In this document: positions 51,700-61,759 of the stretch, in pieces
How positions within the stretch are numbered: position 1 is the first letter of the stretch
How the letters are laid out: each line of letters opens with the position of its first letter
Source: Takakia lepidozioides
Lineage: Eukaryota; Plantae; Bryophyta
Assembly (NCBI GenBank): GCA_030704615.1
Contig: CM060731.1
Location: forward strand, 42,222,001 to 42,286,000
Reading direction: 5' to 3'
DNA length: 64,000 nucleotides
Position numbers and translations under genes: made by a program
The notes under the pieces: generated by a model
What the model was told of the DNA's origin: nothing
What the model saw: only the letters and a program-made list of their open reading frames with translations
Database searches by the model: none

Positions 51700-52558
51700 G
51701 GGTGGGCATTAGCCGCCTTCAACACGTCTTTCAACGTCCCGCCAAACTGCGCCAACAACCCTTCCCAAAAGGCTGCTGGCATGGGGGGCATCTGTTGGTT
51801 TGTCGGAGCTCTCAGGAATTCCTCGGGCTCCGACTCCTCAGATTCCTCCCGTTCCTGAGCGGCCTTGCTTTCAAAAGCATGCATCGCTTCCTCAAATGGC
51901 CGCTTCGGTGACACGTCTCCCCATCAGGCTCATCATCTTTCGGGCCGTTCCGCAATGGCTTTGGCTTGCCCGACCCCACGATGAGGCTGATCTCAAGGAC
52001 GATCGCGTACTGAACTCTAAGATCTGATACCAAGTGTCACGCACCTCACTTCAGTAAGCTCCCCTTCAAGTCATAGTTACTCGCTTTGATGCGCGCGCCT
52101 AACTCCCAACCTGGCCGCCGGGCCAACTCGGAGCTTCGGCTGCTCACCGGGACATAACGGTCCCCCTTTACTCTTCCAAAAGACCCTCCACCAATTTGGG
52201 CCTAGTGGAATTTCCCTTTGGTAGATAGCAGTCCGGAATAGCTCCCCACTCCTTGGTCGCTTTTCGGCTCATTCACTTACTCACTAGTTTTTGGTCACCA
52301 ACGGGCTTGCCTGTTCTCGGGGTTACTACTCCCTATATATACTTCTGTGACTGTCCGCGGGGGTTTCACAAACAACACCATCCTTTTATGGCGAACCACC
52401 ACGAAGACCCTCGACTCCCGGTGATGAGTCGCGGTGATTCTTGGCCCACCCACCACGGCCCCATTGGACCGTGATGAGTCCAAAGACTCCCCACGACTCC
52501 CACCACAAGTCTCCGCCCCATGGTGAGTCCTATGCCACCCCCACTAAGACCCACTAAG
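51700..52558 (-). mobile_element. Fragment of a second copy of the 36517-37431 LTR family: partial 5' LTR (52558-52035), Met-i PBS, gag start (51914-51700)
   Basis: LTR end GCGTGACA followed by TGGTATCAGA (rc of 52023-52032); ORF MSPKRPFEEAM... Confidence 0.85.
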
Positions 52559-53463
52559 CTACCACCACCCCTCGCGGAGCCACCTCCACCGCAACCCGGT
52601 GTGCGCCGTGCGGGGCTCCACCTAGTGAGTGTCTCCGCCTCCTTGAGTGCCTTGGGCAATCAAGGGTGCTTCAGCCCCCGCATCTATTGTTGCCACTGCC
52701 CCCACCACAGGGGCAGCCCCTCTTGTGTCCCGACCCCTTGCCCTCAAGGCAAAGGGCCGCGACAACCTGCCTCCGGGAACATCTGTCCAAGGGATGGCCT
52801 CTTTGGCCACAATGCAACCATACTATATCACTCCAACAGTCTTATGTTGGGTGTGTGGTTCTGCCACACTTTTGACAACCTTTCCTGGTTTGACTAAATT
52901 GTCGTTTTGATCTATCCTGATAAGTCGGGTTTCGACTTACCTGCCTCTCCCGGGTGCTGGGACCACCGTAGGTACCTCAAGAGGTCCTGGAACATGTGCC
53001 ATAACTGACACTAACGTCGGCGAAAAGGCTTCTTGACCTGGCCGGTGGTGTATAAGGGGGAATAGATACAGGAGAAACCACTCGTGAACACTCGATCTTT
53101 GAAGAGCCGTTAGTGTTCTCTCCTTCCCACTCTATCCTACCCAAACTTCTAGTTTCTGAGTCTGATTGTGGACTCAATGCTGGGTATTTCCCTAGCAGTT
53201 GATCTCTGACGGCTTCTCGAGCCAATCTCCTTTGCAACCTAGTATCAAAGGATATGCTATCCAAGCTTGGGAGTGTGGCTCTTGATCCTGAGCTAGACAT
53301 ACACTCACTGTTGTGCTGATGAGGACTCTCCTACCTCAGTCTGTACTAAAGGACCTATATTACCTTGAACAACCATGTCAAGAATAAACGAGGTCAGATT
53401 TAAATACCTTCCATGGAACCTTGGCGATGGAGGCACGTCAGTATGCAATTTCCCGTGAATTAC

Positions 53464-53868
53464 CTAGTCTTCAGGTGGTCGGGGCACGTTGCAGTACCTA
53501 CACTCATCCAACCTGCGCACATAATGGCATGCCAAGAGCTGACATACGTGGCAATGAGTGAAGAAATCTACCTGCCACCGTAGATGTGCCACAAAAGAAG
53601 ATCTGGGGTGCAACGCTCCTAGATAAATTCCAGGGTAGGAACAATACGGCCAGTTGAGCCTGTCCTTACACCTGTAGGAATGCTCCGGTGCATTTTCTTC
53701 CGAGAGTCGCTCACACCAAACCCTTTCGTTAATCCACCCCTTCTTGATGGATTTCCGTTGAGCTAATCGCTCAATGTAAGCTTCTATGATAAGTCGAATC
53801 TCTGGCTCAAGTTGCCAAAATCTGCTGCGAATCATTTTGACCCAGCTAGCTTCAAAAATCATGCCCAC
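53464..53868 (-). CDS. Orphan 134-aa ORF with C-terminal CxxC...CxxC
   Basis: Open frame, globular composition, CHVC-x13-CRYC. Confidence 0.35.
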   Translation of the reverse strand: MGMIFEASWVKMIRSRFWQLEPEIRLIIEAYIERLAQRKSIKKGWINERVWCERLSEENAPEHSYRCKDRLNWPYCSYPGIYLGALHPRSSFVAHLRWQVDFFTHCHVCQLLACHYVRRLDECRYCNVPRPPED

Positions 53869-54034
53869 CTTAGAAGTTCATGTAGAAAAAGATTTTGATC
53901 ACTGCGGGACATGAGGTGAATAACAATGGTAAATTTCAAAGCATTACATTGCTTGGGCCGATTGGCAGACATGAAAAAAATGAAAGCATACTTTGCAACT
54001 GCGAGATCTCTACCGATCTTCGAAGGCAGGTTAC

Positions 54035-54628
54035 CTAGACTGTTGCTGTCTCTTCCTCGTCTATTTCCACTAGTGACTCTGGTACTGAGGTACAAGCAGA
54101 GCTGCTAACTGAGGAAATAGCATGCACTAACTTTAATGGAATGAGAGGAAGGAAACTTGTGGGAATTTCTCGTGCAAAATAAAATGGCGACAGTCGTGCT
54201 GGATCCGCAATGACTCCTTTGGGAGCCGCTAAAGGACGTCCTTCAATCCAGGTGATGTCGTGTATGGTGGGTGCCACGTCCAACTGTCTGTTGGTGATCA
54301 ACTGGATGATTATTGCTGCCTCACTCTCACTACGACTGTTGTAAAATCTGGGTGGACAAATGTAGGTGATAGTGGTGTTCGAGTGAGGTAGGCGTTCCTC
54401 TACCGCCAGATAATCTTCTAACCCACACCCAAACAGCCAACACATCCAGTCAAATGGAAGATCAATAAAGCTCATTTTGCTAAAAAATGAGGTGGACTCC
54501 CCAGACCTCCGAATAGTGGGAAGAGGACGATGGAAATCGATGCCTTCGTCCGCGATGGTGCGACACAAGGGGAAACACCCTAAATAAGCCACTTGCCAGG
54601 CGAGATGTGCCTCTAACGAGGATTGCAC
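54035..54628 (-). CDS. Orphan ORF (up to 197 aa; likely start MSFIDLP)
   Basis: Open frame only, no recognised motif. Confidence 0.3.
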   Translation of the reverse strand: MQSSLEAHLAWQVAYLGCFPLCRTIADEGIDFHRPLPTIRRSGESTSFFSKMSFIDLPFDWMCWLFGCGLEDYLAVEERLPHSNTTITYICPPRFYNSRSESEAAIIIQLITNRQLDVAPTIHDITWIEGRPLAAPKGVIADPARLSPFYFAREIPTSFLPLIPLKLVHAISSVSSSACTSVPESLVEIDEEETATV

Positions 54629-54633
54629 ATTGA

Positions 54634-55959
54634 GATTCCCTAAGGTATAAAAGTCTGGGGGGAAAGGAGAAGTTCAGCGATGCCAAATCTCGTTTGTCAG
54701 CAGTCTCAAAGAAACGTTTTGACCCGATAGCGCTGGTGTTTGTGAATACCATATGCGACGACTACTCTGTCCTGCTTGATGCCAAGGATTACGCTAACAT
54801 CCTAGAGGCTTTTTCACGACAGAAGCTCCCATCCAGTGCTTTCGTCTTTATGTCAACACAGCCCTCGTTTGCCAATTTTGTGTCGTACATCCGCAATGGT
54901 CAGGGATCAAAAACTTATCTAGTGCATCAGGGATATTATATTCCAGGTGAGTTTGAAAATCCATTCAAGAACTGCACAAAGATATTCTCTCGGCCAATAC
55001 TTTGCCTCGATAACGTGTTTCCGGTCACACCAGAGGAGATGACGAATCCGGACGAGCATATTGGGACAATACTCTTGATTGACCCAATACTACCTATTCT
55101 TGAAGGCCCGAACACCGAGTTCTCAGACCTGGAGAAGGACTGCAGGACCTACACCCATGAGCTCCGGCTTGAGACATATGATTACTTGGTCTCGTTGTTT
55201 TGTCGCGACGGGATGTCTCGTGTAAACATTTTTGGAGGTGTCATGCTACCTTACGTTCTCCATGTAAGTACCTTATACCTGTCTTCGTGATTTATGGAAC
55301 CTCAAATGATCAGTGGAGGTTCTCTGACCCCGTCTTTCACTGGTAAATCGCAGGCATGCAACATTCAGGTATTGGACATCAACCTGCCCACGAAAACACA
55401 ATTCTGCAGAAGCAAGGTGCAAGCCAATTTTAAAATGCTTGCTATAGACAACAATAACCTTGGCGATGGCGATGAGTAAATACTCCTAAAAGGAAAGGAG
55501 ATAGCAGACGATGAAGACGATGAAGACGACGAAGATGACCAAGTCGAAGCACATGAGGGAACCCCTCAGAAGCACCAAGAACTGGTCCGGGACACGGAGC
55601 AAGGCGGAGATAACATGGCACAAGACAATGAGGGAGAGTGTAATGATGGTCAGGGACAATTGAAGGTGGAGGAGGGCGACGGACATAACCTCCCGGAGCA
55701 GACACGGGAGGCTAATAGAAATGTCGGAGTCCAATGTGACGACGCGGGGTCGGACAGGGATCACGACACCTCTTCTTCGAGTTCCAACGAGAGGACTAAG
55801 AGTGATCTCCTTTCCCGAGTATGTGGAGAGGAGTCAATTTCTACGGGTCTGGTCACATTTGAACTTCATAATGTGGAGGATGGGTTCAACCTGTTGAAGG
55901 AGACGAGCCTCTCCCGATGTCTCCGTCTTCCGCAAACAACCAGAGGTTCAAAGACATAA
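54634..55959 (+). pseudogene. Spliced cargo gene remnant, possibly a degenerate beta-class methyltransferase fold with acidic tail
   Basis: IALVFVNT..; YTHELRLETYDYLVSLFCRDGMSRVNIFGG then intron (~55264-55352) to ACNIQVLDIN; internal stop at 55477. Confidence 0.35.
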
Positions 55960-57183
55960 GCCAGGCCCCTGATGACTCCCAACAAGTGACTCTGGATGTA
56001 CGTACCGTTTGACATATCGAAATGGATTATGTATCCCAAAAATGTCAATTGACTTTTTGCATTGAGTTCATTTTTTCTCTGACTCTGGTCCAATCGGCAA
56101 TACTCCTCATTTCCAAAAAAATTGTAAATCATTTCGTCCACCACATTTTCTCCACTAACGGATTCCCCAGTTTCCATCAGATTCGTGAATCAAAATCAGA
56201 GGAAATCACACACACAAGGACTGATTCGATCGAGACTCAAATGATGAAGAGGCAAGTAGACTTGACAATCAGGGTCAACTCATCTGAACCCGTGGGTCAA
56301 GTAACCTCGTTCAGCCGTCGTTGCAGTAGCGGCAGATTGAGTAGGACGAAATTGTTTCACGAAGAGAGGGAAAAGAGGAGGAGCACCGCAATAGAGGAAC
56401 CCAACAACCGCCCCCGAAAACAGTAATATTTTAACATCTATTTTCCGGTTTCCTATTTTGTCCATTTTGCAGCTGTTGTTCACAATTAACTCCTCTGTTA
56501 TTCCACGTCCTGGTTCTTGACATTGGGTACCTTTGTTAGGATTACCTTAAGGATGGGCCGTATCCCCTCCCGTTACCCAGCCATCTATTTCCACGGGGAA
56601 ATTCGAGCTAGCTACATCTTCACGTGTCATTACGTCTTCCTAAAATGAGTCGTCATTACTTTTTTGGTTTTGCTTACTAACACGGGAACTGGAATCAATG
56701 CCACGGCCTTGTTTGGCAAATAATATCCTAGGGTCAACGTATACAACATTTAGAATTTTTTCAAGCATAGAACTACCTTCACCGCAATTTGGTGGAAATT
56801 TCCCAAACACCCTTTCTACTTTAAACTGCTTTACGACATTTTGCTGAGGAAGACCCCACTGCTTTCAAAACAAATACTCTCCCAATAGACACTGTAGACA
56901 ATACTCTATGGACTGAAGCCGCACTTGCTGCTTCCGTTCGGATTTATGAAGGGTGCCGTCTTGTATGACAGATTACTTGGAGGCTGGGAGTAAGTGGCAA
57001 AAGATCCTTAGTAATCACGAGATACGTGCCGGTGTATTGGGACATATGATATTTTGAAAGAATGCAAATGTAGTTTGTGTGTGCTGAACCTCGCCTGTAC
57101 AGTGGACGTTGTTGTTCACTTCCTTGTGGTATGGTTGTTCCCTTCCACTGTAGTGTTCCCTATCTATCCTCCTAAGTCTTTGA

Positions 57184-57918
57184 ATGACTCTTTGGCAGAT
57201 TGGATCTCCAGTTTCCCCGCGTGCGCAAGGGCTGCGTTTGATAATTTTTGATGCGAATGGCAAAATCTTGAAGCACCAGAAAACCTACAATGTCCCTCGG
57301 CCGTCGGAAACAGACTACAGAATACCAGCAATTGTTGGGATTCGTCTAGTCTATAGACGGGAGAAATATCACGAAATGTGGGCAAAGTTGCACAAACATT
57401 TCCGGTTAGGGATTTGGAGCTGTATGCAGAAGAACTTGCAACCTATACTGGACTTTTTGCTTCATGGTCTCCAACAGCCCGCATTCATTATGTCTCAAGA
57501 AGATTGTATTTCCTATCCTACTTCTGTGCACCATCAATTTATATCAGGATATGACCCTCCCAGTTTGTGTTTGAAGCCACTTCTTAAGGTTTGGCAGAGT
57601 TTTGGTGGTCAGTACAACAGGAGTAACACTCTGCTCATTGATGACATGGCTACGAAGTGTGTATTGAATCCGCCTGACTCCTGCCTACTTCTGAAACCGT
57701 TCGAGACGGTGGAGACTAATTGTTGCTATCTTCAGAAGGTTCTCTTGGACTATTTGCTTGGGATGAGGAAACATGCCACTGTTTCAAGCTATCTCAGGAA
57801 AAAGAGGATAGGGTGTAAGCTTTACACCATTATTTCAAATGATCCTAAGTTTAGGCCACTCTTGGATTATATTGACGATAATGGTTTGAGGAAATTCAGA
57901 TATGATGTTTCAAAATAA
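57184..57918 (+). CDS. FCP1/NIF-like HAD phosphatase-domain protein (non-canonical DxNG motif)
   Basis: LIIFDANGKI, VYRR, FRLGIWSC, FIMSQEDC, LKPLLKVW, YNRSNTLLIDD..KCVLNP. Confidence 0.75.
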   Translation: MTLWQIGSPVSPRAQGLRLIIFDANGKILKHQKTYNVPRPSETDYRIPAIVGIRLVYRREKYHEMWAKLHKHFRLGIWSCMQKNLQPILDFLLHGLQQPAFIMSQEDCISYPTSVHHQFISGYDPPSLCLKPLLKVWQSFGGQYNRSNTLLIDDMATKCVLNPPDSCLLLKPFETVETNCCYLQKVLLDYLLGMRKHATVSSYLRKKRIGCKLYTIISNDPKFRPLLDYIDDNGLRKFRYDVSK

Positions 57919-59342
57919 AGATATCTTTCATGAATACCCTCTCTCCAAAACATTTGAATAACTTTTTGGTTTGCATTGCATTATACTCACACATAGAGAT
58001 TGGTTTCTACTCACAGACGGTGTTCATTTCACACACTGTGTTGCTTTCTACATGCACACGGTGTTGAAATCTCCGACGGACATTCAAGTCAATTCTATAC
58101 CAGCAGACTACAGGCCTGCATACGGGCTCATCTGTGTATTTAGTAACCTCCACTGTACAGTGGAGGTTCACATTACAGCATATACGGATTGCTGATTGTT
58201 TCTCATTCACAGGTTCAAGGAGATACCATCGACGCCAACCAAACTGAATGCCCCGTAGTGAAACTCTTCGGACCGCCTGGGCGTCATAGCATAGAAGGCA
58301 TTGGGAGGGTTGACGATGTTGCTGAGATCGACAATACTCTCCAATCAGCTCCTCATTCGAAAGTACATTTATATGATCCTCCTGCGACTGATGTCCAGGT
58401 TGGAAGTGAACAAGATATTTATACTGGAGATCTGGTTGACCTTGCCCAACAATCCTCACCGTCCCCTTTAATTACCAAGGTTGTGGATTCTACATCCAGA
58501 ATGGCAACCGAGGAGGACGTGGCTGAGGTTCCACTGCGCCTTCTTCCATCTCTTCCTCGAATCTCTCCCCAGCACGAGGGTTGGACAACCCAAATCCGAA
58601 GGAGTAAGGTGACATAAACTCTATTTTGCTCTCTTACTTACTCTGATGGTTTCATTTACTTTTGGGTCTGATGTTCATGTGTCACCCCAGGTCAAAAAAA
58701 CTGCAGATTATGACCTTCCTGTCAAATGACGTCTGCATTGGAATCCATTTCCGAGGTAATCCCTTCATTACATTTTCGTTCAATCCATGATCTGGAGTGC
58801 TCAAGGGACAATTTCCTGTGCCCGCCTGTCATCCCCATTCTCCTTTCTCAATCGTACACCGATCCAAGAACTCCAACATCGAGAAAGCCCGACTCTGCAC
58901 TGTTCCAACAATGTTCAACACCAAAGAAACGAAATAGAGTCCCGGAGCCATTTCCTTCTTCTGCTGCATTCGTTTGCCGACTTCAAAAATAGAGGGGACT
59001 CGTTGAAGAAGAGGACTGCCTCCGATTCTGTGGGATCTCATCAAAACATGACCGATGGAATCCATTGTTCTTCTGCAAGAGAATCCAAGAAGGCTTCAAT
59101 GGTAATTTCCAATTCGTTTCTCCCCTATGTCTGGTGCTTGTTTTCATGAACCTCCACTTGACAGCCAACCTTCCTCTTTTCGCGATATACTCTTCGATAT
59201 GTCGTCTCCCCTCCGGAAAAAAGTCCTTTCCCGCCACACATATGATCCAGCAGACGTGGACGATATTGGGGAATGTTGAAGACTCAATCTTCCAAAAGAC
59301 TAATATGACTAACACTAATATGATTGTTGTGAGCTTTCGCAG

Positions 59343-60070
59343 GATGGCATCGACCTTCAACCTTCATCTGTCAGGTCGGGAAAGAAAAAACGGATGTTGT
59401 TGATATTGAGTGTCAACGGACTCCTTTGCTACCGGGCACCCCCAACTAGCGGTGAATTGTTTAAAGAGATATTTCATTTCAGGAAAGTTACTGTTCAAAT
59501 TCTCGACATACCTTTTCTGGTGCCCCGGCCCGGAGTCTTGGAGTTTCTCGACCTTGCCTTGACGCATTTTCACGTCGCGATTTGGTCGTGTGCTGAAATG
59601 AGTTCTAATAAGATGCTGGAGTGTTTTGTTCCGACGAAAATTGCGAATTTTTTTGCTTCATCTGGTCAGCTGAGGATTGCAAGGATACTACCGCTTATAT
59701 CATGCCTGGGATGAAATATCTCGTTAAGGATATTCGCAGTGTTCTTGCCAGGTACCCTGGTAGACCGTTTGCAACGCAAGGGCAAATACTCCTTGTCGAT
59801 GATGAGCCATCAAAAGGCCTCCGAAACCCACAAGATTATTTCCTTTTTCATTCAAGCCATCACCAAAGGGCTTGTGTGATCAAGATGATCTGACAAAAGC
59901 AGTGTGGCCATATATATTGGAGATGACAAGAACTTCAACAGTCGTCGATTACATCAGCGAGAACCCTGCCAAATGTTCTCATAAGCCTATTGGTCGCGAC
60001 CACGCCTATTGGGCTTGGTATGGAAGATATGTTGATCCTCGTGTTTGGATCCCACAACAAAAAGAACCAG
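59343..60070 (+). pseudogene. Second FCP1/NIF-like domain, frameshifted
   Basis: LLILSVNGLL, VPRPGVLEFL..FHVAIWSC, FIWSAEDC, LVKDI, QILLVDDEPSK..RNP over three frames. Confidence 0.75.
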
Positions 60071-61577
60071 ATTGCCTTGATATGTTCTTATCCCATTGTT
60101 TGTTGTCTCTTCACAATTTCGTCTTCTATATGTCTTGCAACTGCACTTTCAACTTCACATGCTCTCAGTCTACATATCTTCCTGATTTGTCCTAACATTT
60201 GCCTTATGAGTTGTTTTGCCTAGTCACATTCAAGGATCAAATCCGAAAAGAAGAAGATGAGCTTCGTGATTGGCAAGAATGGCGTGCGTCCCGGGAGGCT
60301 TCAAGGGCATCAAGATCATCAAGTAGAGTGACAAGTAACAATTCCGATGATAATGTCACTAGGTTTGAGTTACCCGAAAGTATTTCGGTTTCCTCTAGTG
60401 GAGAGACCGATGCAAGTGGTTGTGGTAACTGGAGGCGTCTTCGAACACATGCTTTGATTGCGAGCCACTTGGGAGGAGGCTCTGTAATATTAATGAGTTA
60501 GTGTATGCAGCGTTGTATGGCTTCGAGCCGATGGATTATATTAAGTCCAATGTGGACGGATGTCCAGTTGATGTTACATTTTGTCTTACTCCATCGCCAA
60601 AGTTACAATCTCTAATAAAATATGAATGTTTATCATCAATGTCTCCGCAGACTCTTTTTGCCATATCATGATGCCATGACTGTTCTATGTTTGGTTTTAT
60701 ATGTCATCGGTGTTCGTGACTACTTTGTACAAAAAGTCTTGCGTATGTTACCTCAAATCATGGTATAATTCATTGCATCCTCCCATTTCTTTCATGAACG
60801 TCAACTTGACAGTGGATGTTCTTCTAAAACCACAATATATAATTGTATTTTTTCCAAAAAATGTGTGGAGGATTATTGTTCATGTTATATTGTACATAAA
60901 ATAGCCAAATAACTATGTAAATATCTTTATTTCTATTATAAATTGTATTTAATAATATTTCTCATATTATTTCTGTACCAAACAAAAGTCCATAATTAGT
61001 TGAAATAGTGTTCCAGTTTAATCTTTTTTCTTTCTTTTATCTTTGCAGCCTATTCTGCATTGAACACCTTGTTTCAGGTGGTGTTTAGTGTATTCTAATG
61101 TATTTTTCTTGCTGTTCTACTTTTCAGACACCCCTGTAGATGCCAATAAGTTTCTTGGTTACGAAATATGAAGGCCACTGTCCTCTGTTTTGTGAATATA
61201 TATATATAAATATATAGTCTGATATACATTTCGAACTGGCAAAGGGAAACAAAATGGGGATGAACCATCTCCTGCCAAATCTCGGCTCTCTTATATGGTC
61301 CCTCCACCAGTCAAGGTGTGTCATTTGTAAGAAAACAAGGATTCATCTAGTCACAACGAATCTTACTTTACATTGTCCAGGATATACAAGAAGTTGTGAG
61401 TGATTGGAGCACGAGGTAAGTCTTATGTATGTAGTCCCCAATGGTTGATGTTCCTCTTCAGATTTCAAGGTTGCCAACAGTTCCTCCATTTTAAGCTGGC
61501 GTGAAAATCTTTTTGTAGCATTCTTAAATGAATGTTTTGTTGTTCACCTTTTTGTATAGACAGTGAAGCCTGAATAT

Positions 61578-61758
61578 AGTATTTCAGTATTTCAGTATTC
61601 AGTATTTCAGTCAGTTTTTCAGCGAGTATTTCAGCGAGTATTAGCAAGTATTTCAGTATTTCAGCCAGTTTTTCAGCAAGTATATTAATATTTCAGCCAG
61701 TTCTTCAACAAGTATTTTAATATTTCAGTGGGTATTTAAAAAAGCATTTCAATATTTT
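61578..61758 (+). repeat. Degenerate minisatellite of TATTTCAG units
   Basis: More than 12 copies of (A)GTATTTCAG variants. Confidence 0.85.
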
Positions 61759-61759
61759 A

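Larger units (their letters stand above)
37432..51700 (+). pseudogene. Non-chromoviral (Athila-like) Gypsy gag-pol fragment, split by the MULE insertion (pieces 37432-38215 and 49587-51700)
   Basis: Frame RRRMHST|MRFTDEL restored across TSD; ITFAQL, LVDDGSSVNIM protease, LLGRPW, WVSPMVIVRKK, MDGFSGYNQ, FLDDF. Confidence 0.85.
17047..61010. mobile_element. Putative giant TIR DNA transposon (about 16 kb native sequence plus about 28 kb nested insertions)
   Basis: TIRs CACTATTTTAACTAATTCCGGACTTTT (17047-17073) and rc of 60984-61010 CACTATTTCAACTAATTATGGACTTTT, 24/27 identical; flanks TTCAA (17042-17046) / TTCCA (61011-61015); shared 24-bp palindrome in both halves; internal DDD transposase. Confidence 0.65.
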
